Assembly: GCA_963674745.2 (NCBI GenBank) | Contig: CAXXDV010000003.1 | Span: forward strand, 2,368,001-2,432,000 | Direction of reading: 5' to 3' | DNA: 64,000 nt | Source of the DNA: Desulfosudaceae bacterium | GTDB lineage: Bacteria; Desulfobacterota; Desulfobacteria; Desulfobacterales; Desulfosudaceae | Part shown: in pieces, positions 9,276 through 20,091 of the stretch | How the letters are laid out: the number at the start of each line of letters is the position of its first letter | How positions within the stretch are numbered: the stretch's first letter is position 1 | The notes under the pieces: model-generated | What the model was told of the DNA's origin: nothing | The model's database searches: none | The model's input: the letters and a program-made list of their open reading frames with translations, nothing else | Translations under genes and position numbers: made by a program

Positions 9276-10463
9276 TCAAACAATAATTATTTCTTCGGGA
9301 TAAGTCGTCAACGACTCCAGGCCTTTTTTCGTCACCACGTGCGTGTTTTCAATACCGACCACCCCTTTGCCCGGAAAAATCAGTTTTGGTTCCAGGGCGA
9401 TGATCATGTTTTCGGCCAGTTCCAGGGTCTGTCCTTTGGCCAGGAAGGGGAATTCATCCATATCAATGCCCACCCCGTGGCCGACAAACCGGATGCGTTT
9501 TTTACCCACGCCCATGAAATTATCCGCATATCCCAGTTCGGTCGCCCGCTCCAGGGCCAGATCATAAAGGCTGCCGGCGGGCGTTCCGGGGACAGCCGCT
9601 TTTTTTACCGTTTCCTGAACATCCAGCATGGCCTGATGGGCCTGTTTGAGTTCGTCGGAGATACCGCCGATGGCGTAAATCCGGGTGTGATCCGACAAAT
9701 ACCCTTGAAAGGCAAAAGCGATGTCCACCAGCACCGGTTCTTCCGGCTGGATCGGCTTGAACGTCCCGCCCTGGGGAAAGGCCGGGCTGGTTCCGGGACC
9801 GCCGGTGGGCGAAGAAAGACTGCTCGGGACACCGGCCGAGGCGCCGGCCATGACATGGCCGTAAAACAGTTCCGCCCCCCACAGCCGCATCCGGATCAGA
9901 CCCTGGTGACCCAACCGCCGGGCTTCGGCTTCCACCCGTCCGGAAAATTCCAGCTCGCTGATGCCGGGCGCCAAAATGGTCGGCACAAAGGCATCCAGCT
10001 GATCGGCCAGGGCCGAGGCCCGGCGTATTTTTTCCACTTCATAATCCGACTTGACCGCCCGTTGCAGACGGATCAGAGCGGCGGCATTGACACATTCGGC
10101 ATCGGCAAACAGTTTTTGCAGATTCAAAAACATTTCCGCAGAAATCACGTCCATTTCCAGGCCCAAAACCCGGGGCAGGCGCTTGATGATGTCCGGGACT
10201 TCCGCCGGCCGGTTGATTTCCAGAATGGCTGTCAACGGTGATTCAACCCTGGCCCGATCGACATCCTTTCTGATCATCAGTAACGGCTCACCATCAACCG
10301 GGACATAAAAATAGCCCTGCTGGGTCGTGCCGCAATAGTAAAACAGATCGGCGTTCTGCATCATCAGGACGGCGTCCATCCCCGCTTCAGCCATAGCCTC
10401 TTTCAACCTGTCAATACGGGCACTGATTTCGGACAAGGGCGTGTAGACTTCGGTTAAATCCAT
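9276..10463 (-). CDS. Xaa-Pro peptidase, M24 family
   Basis: LVDIA, GYLSDHTR, GHGVG, ALEPK and GIENT metal-binding motifs. Confidence 0.93.
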   Translation of the reverse strand: MDLTEVYTPLSEISARIDRLKEAMAEAGMDAVLMMQNADLFYYCGTTQQGYFYVPVDGEPLLMIRKDVDRARVESPLTAILEINRPAEVPDIIKRLPRVLGLEMDVISAEMFLNLQKLFADAECVNAAALIRLQRAVKSDYEVEKIRRASALADQLDAFVPTILAPGISELEFSGRVEAEARRLGHQGLIRMRLWGAELFYGHVMAGASAGVPSSLSSPTGGPGTSPAFPQGGTFKPIQPEEPVLVDIAFAFQGYLSDHTRIYAIGGISDELKQAHQAMLDVQETVKKAAVPGTPAGSLYDLALERATELGYADNFMGVGKKRIRFVGHGVGIDMDEFPFLAKGQTLELAENMIIALEPKLIFPGKGVVGIENTHVVTKKGLESLTTYPEEIIIV

Positions 10464-10516
10464 AAGGTAATTATCCTCATTGTTTATTGGGGTTCAAGAA
10501 GAGGGGTCGAATGGTT

Positions 10517-10575
10517 GTAGGGGCGGCCCCCTGTGGCCGCCCGATTGAAGGGCACCCACAGGGGGGTGCCCCTAC
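10517..10575. repeat. Inverted pair of GTAG REPs (REPIN-like)
   Basis: GTAG-GGGCGGCC..GGCCGCCC (10517-10542) and GGGCACCC..GGGTGCCC-CTAC (10550-10575). Confidence 0.8.
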
Positions 10576-10662
10576 ATAATTCCCATGCTGCGCCTCGCAT
10601 CTTCAGCCAGGTGGCTGGGGGCAAACTCGACTCGTGAAATAACCGGGCCAGCATCACACATT

Positions 10663-11838
10663 TCACCGCTTGACGATCAGGGACACCGCCTCGCCTCCCC
10701 CAAGGCACAGAGACGCCAGACCGGTTTTTTTATCCTGGCGCTGCATTTCGTAAAGCAGGGTCACCAGCACCCGGCAGCCACTGGCACCGATGGGATGCCC
10801 CAGCGCCACGCTGCCGCCATTGACATTGGCAATGGCCGGATCGATCCCCAGTTCCCGCAGAACGGCCACGGTGGAACCGGAAAAGGCCTCATTGATCTCA
10901 AACAAATCGACCTGTTCAATGGAAACACCTTCCTTCTTCAGGCACTTGGGAATGGCCCCGATAGGCGCCACCAGCACGTATTTCATGTCAATACCGAAAG
11001 AGGCCTGGGCGCCGACAACAGCCATGGGCGTGCACCCCAGTTCTTCGGCCTTTTCCCTGGACATGACCACCACTGCGGCCGCACCGTCACTGATAATCGA
11101 GGCGTTGCCGGCGGTGGCCGTACCGTTTTTCTGAAAAGCCGGTTTCATGGCCGCCAGGTCCTCGTAACGGGTCTCCCGGGGGCATTCATCCACGGCAAAA
11201 ATCGAAGTCATTCCTTTTTTTCCCGGCACCTCGACCGGCATAATTTCAGCCTCAAACCGGCCTTCTTTGATAGCGGCCAGCGCCCGACGATAGGATTCCC
11301 CGGCATAGCGGTCCTGGTCTTCCCGGCTGACATTGTATTTTTCGGCACACAGGTCATTGGAAATACCCATATGAAAATCATTGACGATGTCCCACAGGCC
11401 GTCATGAACCATATGGTCTTTGAGCTCTCCGCCGCCCATGCGATATCCGAACCGGGCTTTTTCAAGGTAGAACGGCGCCCGGCTCATGCACTCCATACCG
11501 CCCGCGACCACCACCTCGGCATCTCCGACCTGGATGGCCTGGGCCGCCAGCATGATGGTCTTCAAGGCCGAACCACAGACCTTGTTGACGGTAATACACT
11601 CGACCTCCCAGGGCAAACCGGCCATCACGGCCGCCTGGCGGGCCGGATTCTGGCCGTAACCGCAGGGCAGGACCATGCCCATGGCCACTTCATCCACAGC
11701 CGATTTGTCTATGCCCGCCCGCCTTATGGCCTCGTCGATCACCAGGGCACCCAGTTTTGTGGCCCCGATACCGGCCAGGGAACCGTTAAAGGCCCCTAAA
11801 GGCGTTCTGACCGCACTGACAATAACCGCTTCTTTCAT
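10663..11838 (-). CDS. Acetyl-CoA C-acyltransferase (thiolase)
   Basis: VNKVCGS, EINEAF, GHPIGASG, CLGGG; start at MKEAVIV behind GGAGG. Confidence 0.96.
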   Translation of the reverse strand: MKEAVIVSAVRTPLGAFNGSLAGIGATKLGALVIDEAIRRAGIDKSAVDEVAMGMVLPCGYGQNPARQAAVMAGLPWEVECITVNKVCGSALKTIMLAAQAIQVGDAEVVVAGGMECMSRAPFYLEKARFGYRMGGGELKDHMVHDGLWDIVNDFHMGISNDLCAEKYNVSREDQDRYAGESYRRALAAIKEGRFEAEIMPVEVPGKKGMTSIFAVDECPRETRYEDLAAMKPAFQKNGTATAGNASIISDGAAAVVVMSREKAEELGCTPMAVVGAQASFGIDMKYVLVAPIGAIPKCLKKEGVSIEQVDLFEINEAFSGSTVAVLRELGIDPAIANVNGGSVALGHPIGASGCRVLVTLLYEMQRQDKKTGLASLCLGGGEAVSLIVKR

Positions 11839-12039
11839 ATTATCCTCCGGTTTCATCCTGGATTATTAAAAAATAGAAGTATAGCATCCACGTGCTTATT
11901 GGCAACCCGTTTTCGGAATGGTTCTATTTGGGGAAAAAATACAAACATGCTAAACTGATTACGTATAAGTTGATTTGGATCCGATCCCTTGGTTCCTTCT
12001 GAAAGGCGCGGGACGCAATCACTGTAGCGGAAGGCTTTA

Positions 12040-12183
12040 CAGGCTGTCCAACAACTCGTCATCCCGGGCAGTGGAGCGAAGCGGAACGTGACCCGGGATC
12101 CAGTATAAAATTGGTTTTATTCATTTTTCTGGATTCCGGCGCGGAGGCCGGAATGACGAATGTTGGTGTTATTGGACAGCCTG
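12040..12183. mobile_element. 144-bp MITE with 16-bp TIRs and TTTA target-site duplication, carrying a CGTC-type REP pair
   Basis: Ends CAGGCTGTCCAACAAC and GTTATTGGACAGCCTG (1 mismatch); TTTA at 12036-12039 and 12184-12187; internal CGTCATCCCG..CCCGGGATCCAG and CTGGATTCCGG..CCGGAATGACG. Confidence 0.8.
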
Positions 12184-12265
12184 TTTAGCCTTCCAGATCA
12201 GCCTGGAAAGCTAAAGCCTTCCGCTGTATGTTACAACTTCAACGCAGGTTTTCTCAGGGGAAATC

Positions 12266-13624
12266 ATGAAAAGTATCAACCCGGCCACCAACGAAGAGAT
12301 CAAAACATATTCACCCCATTCACCGTCTGATGTCCGCGAAATTTTGCAGGCCGTAAACGATGCCTGGATGTCGTGGAAAAACACGCCTTTTTCCCGACGC
12401 GCGGAGCTGATGCATAACGCCTCCCATGTGCTGATGGCCGAACGGGATGAATGCGCCTCGATCATTACATCCGAAATGGGTAAAACCATCACCGAAGCCA
12501 GGGGCGAAGTTGAAAAATGCGCCCTGGCCTGCCGGTACTTTGCGGAACATACCGAAGGCCTGTTAAGCGACGAAACGATAGAAACCGGTTACACCAAAAG
12601 CGTTGCCGTTTTTGAACCGCTGGGCATCATTCTGGCGGTCATGCCCTGGAACTTTCCTTTCTGGCAGGTCTGGCGGTTTATCGCGCCAGGCTTGATGGCC
12701 GGCAATGCCGGTGTCCTTAAACATGCCTCCAGCGTCTGCGGCTGCGCCTTGAAAATCGAAGAACTCGTCAAAAAAGCAGGCTTTCCGGAAAACCTGTTCC
12801 GGGCCCTGCTGATACCACCGAAAGACGTTGAAGCCGTGATCAGGCACCCCCTGGTCAAAGGCGTTACCCTGACAGGCAGCGAAGGGGCCGGCAGCCGGGT
12901 GGCGGAAATCGCCGGACAGGAACTGAAAAAAAGCGTGCTTGAACTGGGCGGTTCCGACCCCTTCATTGTTTTTGAAGACGCCGATCTGGAAAAATGCGTG
13001 CGCACAGCCGTCAGGTCCCGTTGTCTGAATGCGGGCCAGGTATGCATCTCAGCCAAACGTTTTATCGTCGAAGAGGCCGTTGCAGAAGCCTTTCTGGATG
13101 GCATGGCATCGGCTATGAAAGCACTTGTCATCGGCGACCCCATGGACGAGAAGACGCAACTGGGCCCCATGGCCAGGCCTGACCTGCTGAACGACCTTCA
13201 CGCACAAGTTGAGGCATCCATTCAACAGGGCGCGCGACTTGTTTCGGGCGGGCACAGACTCGACCGCCCCGGAAACTATTACGCGCCCACGATCCTGACG
13301 GACGTCACCAGAGATATGCCGGTATACCATCAGGAGACTTTCGGACCGGTCGCGGCGGTAATCAAAGTCAAAAACGAAGAAGAAGCCGTGGCCGTGGCCA
13401 ATGATACGGATTTCGGCCTGGGTGCCAGCGTCTGGACAAATGATTTAAACCGGGGAGAACGAATCGCCCGAGAAATCGAATCCGGCATGGTATTTGTCAA
13501 CAGCATGACGGCATCCCATCCGGAGCTGCCCTTTGGCGGTGTCAAACGTTCGGGTTACGGTCGCGAGTTGTCCCATTACGGGATTAAGGAATTTATAAAT
13601 ATCAAAACCATCTGTCTCAAATAG
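12266..13624 (+). CDS. NAD(P)-dependent aldehyde dehydrogenase (succinate-semialdehyde dehydrogenase Sad/GabD-like)
   Basis: MPWNFPFWQ, TLTGS, LELGGSDP, NAGQVCIS, ETFGP, PFGGVKRSGYGREL. Confidence 0.93.
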   Translation: MKSINPATNEEIKTYSPHSPSDVREILQAVNDAWMSWKNTPFSRRAELMHNASHVLMAERDECASIITSEMGKTITEARGEVEKCALACRYFAEHTEGLLSDETIETGYTKSVAVFEPLGIILAVMPWNFPFWQVWRFIAPGLMAGNAGVLKHASSVCGCALKIEELVKKAGFPENLFRALLIPPKDVEAVIRHPLVKGVTLTGSEGAGSRVAEIAGQELKKSVLELGGSDPFIVFEDADLEKCVRTAVRSRCLNAGQVCISAKRFIVEEAVAEAFLDGMASAMKALVIGDPMDEKTQLGPMARPDLLNDLHAQVEASIQQGARLVSGGHRLDRPGNYYAPTILTDVTRDMPVYHQETFGPVAAVIKVKNEEEAVAVANDTDFGLGASVWTNDLNRGERIAREIESGMVFVNSMTASHPELPFGGVKRSGYGRELSHYGIKEFINIKTICLK

Positions 13625-13633
13625 AGGATTCTA

Positions 13634-15337
13634 ATGCGTGATCCAATTCGTGTATTGAAGATAAGCCTCATTATTTTATTGATCCTCTCTGGTTTTGGGT
13701 TACGCCTTTATTCCCTGTCGGCCGATCCGCCCCATTGGATGTATGTGTTTAATACAGATGAAGGTCACTATTCTTATAATACGCATAATAAATTAAAGTA
13801 CGGGCAGTGGTTTGTAAATAAGTCCCGGTACGCATTGATCACCCCTCTGTTTTCATTTCTTCAGTACCTTGTCGCCACCACGATAGATACACAGGAGAGC
13901 ATTATCCGTTACCGGGCCGTAAACGTATTATGCGGCATATTATCCTGTTTTTTAATGGCGCTCATGTTTAGAGAGAAATGGATGCGGACGGCCGTGCTGG
14001 TCATTAGCGCCTGGTCGTTCATGGGGGTAACGCATTCACGAATCGGTATACCGGAAATGATGTTGACGGTTTTTTTTCAGGTAACGATTCTGCTGGCATG
14101 GCAAGGGCACAAAAGAGACAGCATTCTGCTTATCTTCTTTTCTGGTTTAACGGCCATCGCCGCCATTGGCGTAAAAACAACAGGCGTGCTCATTGTGCCC
14201 GCCGTCATTATTGCGCCATTACTCCATCTTTCAGAAAAAAATCGGCTCTGGAAATACGGGGCAGGCCTTTTTACAGGCCTGACCTGCGGGTTAATCATAT
14301 GGGCAACACTGGTTATTGTTCCCAATTGGAGTTCATGGAATTATATGCAGGAAATGGCCACGCAATATGGAAGGAGTTCCATATCATTTAGCCCTGTATT
14401 ATTACTCAAATCAATCGGCGGTTTCATTCTTTCGCCGGCGTTACAAACCATTCCGGCGCTCTGGCCCATGGCGCTGTGCTGGTGCTTTTTACTTTATATA
14501 CCCAAAATCCGGAAACAATCGGCCGATTTCCTGGACACCCTGGTTTTTCTTTGGATTTTTTGTTGTTTTGCGGGCCTGGGGCTTCCCTCATACCAACCGG
14601 CGAGATGGCAGTTGCTGATCTTCCCCCCGACCATTTATGCCGGACTCCAGTTTATCCGACTTAACAAAAACGATAAAATCACGTTTTTTTCATTTCTATT
14701 AGCCGTCAGTATTTCAATAATGGCTTCTACACTCGTTTCCAAAGTGTTTTTAGCCACAAGCGGTCCCATAAGCCCCCACAGAGGTATTTTCAGCCATAGT
14801 GTATTGGCGTTCATTGCCTTTATAGCCGTTTTTGCGACATATTTTCCGGCTAAAAAATTTCATAAAGAAAAATGGAAGGCCGTCGCCCTGGCAGTTATCG
14901 TTCTGAACCTGGTTGTACAGATCCAGTTGTTTGCCGCCTATACAGTCCCTTTCTATTCCCACAAAAACCAATGGCACAAAATTTCAGCATATCTCGAAGG
15001 GCTTTCACAAAAAGAAAACGCCATTTTTTCAGGTGATCTGGTGGAGAACATAGCCCTGCATGCCGACATTCAGGTGATACCCACTTTCTATTTACTGGAG
15101 GGGAAAAATGATGTTTCTCTTAAAAAGCTCTTTAAGGACGTAAAAGAATTACCGACTCATTTCATCATTTCTGAGGGACATATTAAACGTTTCCAGGTTG
15201 AAGCGCCCAATTTTATGAAAAGCCTTAAGGTGATTAATCGTTTTCCTCTGGTGATCGGGGGCTATGGGCGAAGGCGTATTTTTATTTTTCAATTCACATC
15301 CTACAATTGGCTAAACCAATCCGACCGATTGGAATAG
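13634..15337 (+). CDS. GT-C membrane glycosyltransferase (ArnT/PMT-like)
   Basis: Multi-pass membrane protein with a DEG motif after the first TM (TDEGHY) and later hydrophobic helices; more AT-rich than its neighbours. Confidence 0.75.
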   Translation: MRDPIRVLKISLIILLILSGFGLRLYSLSADPPHWMYVFNTDEGHYSYNTHNKLKYGQWFVNKSRYALITPLFSFLQYLVATTIDTQESIIRYRAVNVLCGILSCFLMALMFREKWMRTAVLVISAWSFMGVTHSRIGIPEMMLTVFFQVTILLAWQGHKRDSILLIFFSGLTAIAAIGVKTTGVLIVPAVIIAPLLHLSEKNRLWKYGAGLFTGLTCGLIIWATLVIVPNWSSWNYMQEMATQYGRSSISFSPVLLLKSIGGFILSPALQTIPALWPMALCWCFLLYIPKIRKQSADFLDTLVFLWIFCCFAGLGLPSYQPARWQLLIFPPTIYAGLQFIRLNKNDKITFFSFLLAVSISIMASTLVSKVFLATSGPISPHRGIFSHSVLAFIAFIAVFATYFPAKKFHKEKWKAVALAVIVLNLVVQIQLFAAYTVPFYSHKNQWHKISAYLEGLSQKENAIFSGDLVENIALHADIQVIPTFYLLEGKNDVSLKKLFKDVKELPTHFIISEGHIKRFQVEAPNFMKSLKVINRFPLVIGGYGRRRIFIFQFTSYNWLNQSDRLE

Positions 15338-15420
15338 CAGGATGTAATTACAATAAGATCAAACAATATTGTGAAAATCCGGGGCAAAACATCTGTAATG
15401 TAGACCGGGAGGCCTTTAAG

Positions 15421-16536
15421 TCACGACAGGTTTTGCCCTGCCGGGGACAACGATTCCACATGCAGGGTCTGTGTCGGAAAAGCGAATTCCAGCCCCAGTT
15501 CATCCACCAGCCGCATGATCTTCAGCATGAAGCTCTGCCTGGCCGCCAGGTATTCGGCCCAGACCGTTGAAACGGTAAAGCAGTAAATAAACACATCCAG
15601 GCTGGACGGTCCGAATTGGTTAAAATAGACCAGGTAATAATCCTGGTCCATGGTTTGATCAGCGGCAATGATGGCCCGGATACCCTCGACCAGCTGCTCC
15701 ATCTTTTCGGGGCTGGTGCTGTAGGTCACGCCGACATTCATCTTGATGCGGCGTTTTTTCATGCGCGACCAGTTCTCAATGGCTTTAGTCGTCAGCATGG
15801 AATTGGGCATGGTGATAAGGCTGTTGGCAAACGTCCGGATGCGGGTGGTTCTCAAGCCCACCTCCTCGACCGTACCCTCGATACCGTCCATTTCAATCCA
15901 GTCGCCCACATGAAAAGGGCGGTCAACAAAGATGACCACCGATCCGAAAAAATTGGCCAGTGTGTCCTTGGATGCCAGCGCAATGGCCGCGCCGCCCAGA
16001 CCCAGGCCGGCAATCAGGCTGGCCACCGAATAGCCCAGGTTCTGCAGAAACAGGACAATACCGACGACGTACAGAAAGGCTTTGCCTGCCTTGTGCACCA
16101 GGGGAACCAGCTGATCATCCAGCTTCGAATCCGTGGCATCGGCCTTTGATTTCCAGATCTGGATAAAACCGTCCAGAAGCAGGGCGGCACACCAGACGAT
16201 AATCAGAACAGAGAAGCCTTTGATCAGCGAATCGCTGAATTTACGGATATCCACCGGCTCGGCGGGCAACGGCAGAATCAGCAATGCCCCGTAAAGGCCT
16301 CCCAGAAGACAGGCCCACCCGGCCGGCCGTACAAAGGCGCCGATCAGCATATCATCGACAGCCGTCCGGGTTTTCCCGGCGCCCCTGGCGATACCGTTCA
16401 AAATACCGGTCACAATCCATTTGGCCAGAAAGCCGCCTAAAATCATCAGAAAGGCATACACATAAATCTTAAGACTGATCCCGCCGATGGTGAGCGACAA
16501 AAACTCGTTAACCTCCGTCATAAGTGTTTTCCTCAT
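15421..16536 (-). CDS. Small-conductance mechanosensitive channel (MscS family)
   Basis: GLGLGGAAIALASKDTLANFFGS, RPFHVGDWI, GTVEEVGLRTTRIRT, FAFPT. Confidence 0.95.
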   Translation of the reverse strand: MRKTLMTEVNEFLSLTIGGISLKIYVYAFLMILGGFLAKWIVTGILNGIARGAGKTRTAVDDMLIGAFVRPAGWACLLGGLYGALLILPLPAEPVDIRKFSDSLIKGFSVLIIVWCAALLLDGFIQIWKSKADATDSKLDDQLVPLVHKAGKAFLYVVGIVLFLQNLGYSVASLIAGLGLGGAAIALASKDTLANFFGSVVIFVDRPFHVGDWIEMDGIEGTVEEVGLRTTRIRTFANSLITMPNSMLTTKAIENWSRMKKRRIKMNVGVTYSTSPEKMEQLVEGIRAIIAADQTMDQDYYLVYFNQFGPSSLDVFIYCFTVSTVWAEYLAARQSFMLKIMRLVDELGLEFAFPTQTLHVESLSPAGQNLS

Positions 16537-16696
16537 GCTTTATTCATCTAAATAGTGTCAGTTGATCCATATCTAGTCCTTATTTTCAAAAATCCGACTT
16601 TATCTCAAGGAATAAATGATCGCCTCCGGATTCAAAGGGAACACAGCCATAACCAATTGCGATAAATATTACCAGGGCGTCTCTGAAAATGGCCGT

Positions 16697-18787
16697 TTAT
16701 TTCTCCGTACGATTCTCCCCGTAACTGCGGCTAAAAGGTATACCCAGCTTCTTCAGGCGGTTCCGCAACGTGCTGGGGTTGATCCTGAGCATTTCCGCGG
16801 CGCCTCCCGGGCCGTGGATGCGGCCTTCAGTTAGGGTTAGGACGCGTCTGATGTGGCGGCTCATGGCTTCATCCAGGCTCAGCACTTCTTCTGCCGGCGC
16901 CCCGGAATCCGGCAGCGCCTTTTCCAAAGGCTGTTGGGCGATATTCTGAAAAGAAAGCGGGGCGCCTTTGCTCAGGATCAGTTCCCGTTCGACCACGTTT
17001 TCCAGTTCCCGGACATTGCCGGGCCAGGGATAATTTCTCAAACGCTCGAGGGCGTCAGGGGATAAGGTCGAATGGTTTCGGTATTTGAGTTCCCGTGATT
17101 TCTTCCCGATAAAATGGTCCACCAGAAGCGGGATATCGACTTTTCTGTCACGTAACGGCGGAATCTTGATGGGAAAAACGTTCAGACGGAACCAGAGGTC
17201 ATCCCGGAAATTACCGGCCGCCACCAGCTCTTCCAGGTCCCGGTTGGTGGCGGCAATGACACGGATATCAACCGGGATCGATTCGGTGCCGCCGACGCGC
17301 TCGATGATTTTGTTTTGAAGTACCCGCAGCAGGCGCACCTGGGCGTGAAGCGGCAGTTCCGCGATTTCATCCAGAAAAATCGTTCCCCCGTGAGCCCGTT
17401 CAAAGCGCCCGATTTTCCTGCTGACAGCACCGGTAAAAGCCCCTTTTTCATGGCCGAACAGCTCGCTGTCGATGAGCGAATCCGGGATCGCACCGCAGTT
17501 GACCCGGATAAAGGGCCCGTCCTTTCGGGAGGAATGATAATGAATAAAATTGGCGATCAACTCCTTGCCGACACCGGTTTCGCCGAGCAGCATGACCGGG
17601 CTTTCCTGGCCGGCAACCAGCCCGGCCATTTCCATCACCCCCTTTAAACCGAAGTTGACGCCGACAATGGTACCGGTCACCGGATGGTGCAATTTCTTCT
17701 GAAGCGTTTGCTTTTCTTCTTCTAAAAGATTGTTGAGCCGGACGATTTCCCGGTGCTGCATATGATTGGAAAGGGCGATATAAAAAGGATCATGCAGCAT
17801 GGAAAACAGCTGCAGGTGATTTTCGTTAAACATGTTGGTCCCCTCATTGCCCAGCGTCGCCATACCGATCGGCATATCCTTATAAACGAGGAGCATCACC
17901 AGCGTCGACCAGTCGGCACCGAAGTGTTTAACATAAGCCTCCAGATTGGGGTCAAGTTCCGGCTGATTGATAATGCCAATTCTGGATAATTTCAAAATAT
18001 CCTCCGACAGAAACCGTTCCTGCCCCCAGGGCATAATCGGCTCGATTCCGCCGACAATGAACCCGTAACTTTCGGCCAGCACCCGGAAGGCTTTAAGGCC
18101 CTCCTCCCATTGATAAACAATCATTGCCTGCCCCGGCATGAACCGGCTCAGGTACTGCAGGCAATGGGAAACACCCGTCTGCAGGTCAAGATTACCGCAC
18201 AACCGCCGGGTGACCTGGCGGAACAACTCATTGGTGTTTTCCACGGGTTCTTTTAATGCCGGCGGTCTTTTTTTCTGCTGGTGGTCTTCAACAATGCGTT
18301 CAAAAACCGGTTGAAGCTTTTCCCGTAACCCCCTGAACAGGCGTTCATGCTCTTTGGTAATTTTGTTTGTTCCCTCTGCCGTAAAAAAAATGGTTCCGTA
18401 ACCGGGAAGGTCCTTGGCGAAATTCAGGTTCAGGGATGACCAGTTAGCGGCTTTACCTCTCTGATAGATATAACGGCCGATCAAATCATCATGCGGTTCA
18501 TTGATCACATATATTTCCGGTACATACGCCTGTTTAAAAGGTTCCAGAATCACATCCGGCATGTCTTTAAACTGAAAATCCGTTTTTTCAGCACCTGTTT
18601 CAGAAACCTGGGCAACCACCCGCATCAGGTTCCGGACCAGGTCAAACCAGACCACATAAATCCGGTCTATGGGAAAAACATGCCTGATGTCATGATAAAT
18701 ATCTTCAAGCGCGGTATAGGGTGTTTCTTCAATAAATTGCGGATGAGAATGATAGGCTGATAAATCCGGTTCCCTGATCATGGCCAT
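16697..18787 (-). CDS. Sigma54-dependent enhancer-binding protein with GAF-like sensory region and Fis-type HTH
   Basis: [36 protein letters not shown] and a C-terminal HTH; start placed at 18787. Confidence 0.95.
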   Translation of the reverse strand: MAMIREPDLSAYHSHPQFIEETPYTALEDIYHDIRHVFPIDRIYVVWFDLVRNLMRVVAQVSETGAEKTDFQFKDMPDVILEPFKQAYVPEIYVINEPHDDLIGRYIYQRGKAANWSSLNLNFAKDLPGYGTIFFTAEGTNKITKEHERLFRGLREKLQPVFERIVEDHQQKKRPPALKEPVENTNELFRQVTRRLCGNLDLQTGVSHCLQYLSRFMPGQAMIVYQWEEGLKAFRVLAESYGFIVGGIEPIMPWGQERFLSEDILKLSRIGIINQPELDPNLEAYVKHFGADWSTLVMLLVYKDMPIGMATLGNEGTNMFNENHLQLFSMLHDPFYIALSNHMQHREIVRLNNLLEEEKQTLQKKLHHPVTGTIVGVNFGLKGVMEMAGLVAGQESPVMLLGETGVGKELIANFIHYHSSRKDGPFIRVNCGAIPDSLIDSELFGHEKGAFTGAVSRKIGRFERAHGGTIFLDEIAELPLHAQVRLLRVLQNKIIERVGGTESIPVDIRVIAATNRDLEELVAAGNFRDDLWFRLNVFPIKIPPLRDRKVDIPLLVDHFIGKKSRELKYRNHSTLSPDALERLRNYPWPGNVRELENVVERELILSKGAPLSFQNIAQQPLEKALPDSGAPAEEVLSLDEAMSRHIRRVLTLTEGRIHGPGGAAEMLRINPSTLRNRLKKLGIPFSRSYGENRTEK

Positions 18788-18917
18788 ACCCCCTGAGAAA
18801 ATTGCCGTATATGACAATAATAGACTGTTTTGCCATATATGACAACGACAACCTCCCATATCCGGCAAAACTAAAACCGTAAATTATCAACGTATTGAAT
18901 TTATTATATTAAAAATG

Positions 18918-18932
18918 TGGCACGATTGTTGC
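18918..18932 (+). promoter_or_regulatory. Sigma54 -24/-12 promoter of the lipase gene
   Basis: TGGCACG-ATTG-TTGC matches TGGCACG-N4-TTGC; 70 bp upstream of the lipase ATG and divergent from the EBP. Confidence 0.85.
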
Positions 18933-19001
18933 CTTATAAAAACAAATACTTTTTAGATGAAAGTTGGCAAACGGGGAAACCAAAAAGGAGGGTGCAAGGC
19001 A

Positions 19002-19901
19002 ATGAAAAAGTTTTTAACTGTTTTAACCGTTGGACTGGTTTTAATCATCGGACTGACCGGCGTTTCCATGGCCGGAGGAAGTAATCCGGACAAGTGCGAT
19101 ACCCGCTATCCTGTTGTTCTGGCCCATGGCATGGGTGTTTCGGCCGAGGTCCTGGGTATCATCGATGCCTGGTGGGGTATTGATGAAGCCCTGAAAGATG
19201 AGGGCGCGGCCGTCTTTAAGACCTCTGTCAACGGCGTGGATACCACCGCCAAAAAAGCGGCGGATTTCAAGCGGCAGTTCATGGAGATCCTGGCCGCCAC
19301 CGGTGCCGAAAAAGCCAATATTATCGGCCATTCCCACGGAACCCTCTATACCCGTTACGCCATCTCCAACCTCGGCCTGGCGCCGTATGTGGCCAGTTAC
19401 ACCGGCTTGTGCGGGCCCCACCGGGGCAGTGCCATTGCCTCGATGATCATGGATGGAATGCCGGACTGGCTGCTCAACGCCGGTGGTGCGGTAATTGATT
19501 TTGTATATGCTTTTATTTTCGGCGACACCGACCCCGATGTACTGGGCAATGGCCTTGATCTTTGCCCTGATTTCATGATCAACACCTTCAATCCCAATAC
19601 CCCGGACATGCCCGGCATTTACTATCAGAGCTGGGCCGCCAAGGCCAAAATATCCTGCCCCAATATCGTTCTGGAACCAACCTGGCTGGCCTTGCTTGTC
19701 GCAGAAGGGGCCAATGACGGCCTGGTCAGTGTCAAAAGCGCCAAGTGGGGTAATTTCCGCGGGGTGGAAGATGCCGCCTGGTACAGCCCCGGCTGCGATC
19801 ACCTCAACATGGTCGATCAGCTGTTCGGCATCACACCGGGATTTGACGCGCCGCAATTTTTCGTAGAAATTGTTGAGGACCTTAAAAACCGCGGCTATTA
19901 A
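19002..19901 (+). CDS. Secreted triacylglycerol lipase (family I-like)
   Basis: Signal peptide, TRYPVVLAHG, GHSHG nucleophile motif, PHRGS, NDGLV, DHL. Confidence 0.93.
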   Translation: MKKFLTVLTVGLVLIIGLTGVSMAGGSNPDKCDTRYPVVLAHGMGVSAEVLGIIDAWWGIDEALKDEGAAVFKTSVNGVDTTAKKAADFKRQFMEILAATGAEKANIIGHSHGTLYTRYAISNLGLAPYVASYTGLCGPHRGSAIASMIMDGMPDWLLNAGGAVIDFVYAFIFGDTDPDVLGNGLDLCPDFMINTFNPNTPDMPGIYYQSWAAKAKISCPNIVLEPTWLALLVAEGANDGLVSVKSAKWGNFRGVEDAAWYSPGCDHLNMVDQLFGITPGFDAPQFFVEIVEDLKNRGY

Positions 19902-19946
19902 ATCGGACCTTAAGAGAAGTTATCGCTTCTAAAAAAAACAAATGAC

Positions 19947-19985
19947 AAACAGGGGCAGCCGAAAGGCAGCCCCTGTTTCTTTTTT
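19947..19985 (+). terminator. Intrinsic terminator after the lipase
   Basis: AAACAGGGGCAGCC-GAAA-GGCAGCCCCTGTTT followed by a T-run. Confidence 0.8.
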
Positions 19986-20091
19986 CCCCCCAATATTTCA
20001 CCGTTTGTTTTGAGCGCATACGAGCGTTTGTGTTTTTAAAAAACAGCCAATTATTATTTTAACCTTTTATGTTTTAGGGTTATATTTATCC

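Noticed and set aside
9081..11799. Long plus-strand ORFs 9081-10241 and 10585-11799
   Set aside because: Antisense shadows of the M24 peptidase and thiolase with no recognisable motifs.
11990..12025. c-di-GMP-I riboswitch-like GAAAG..GGGACGCAA
   Set aside because: The upstream GCAAAC and second stem are not evident; an Infernal search with the Rfam model would decide.
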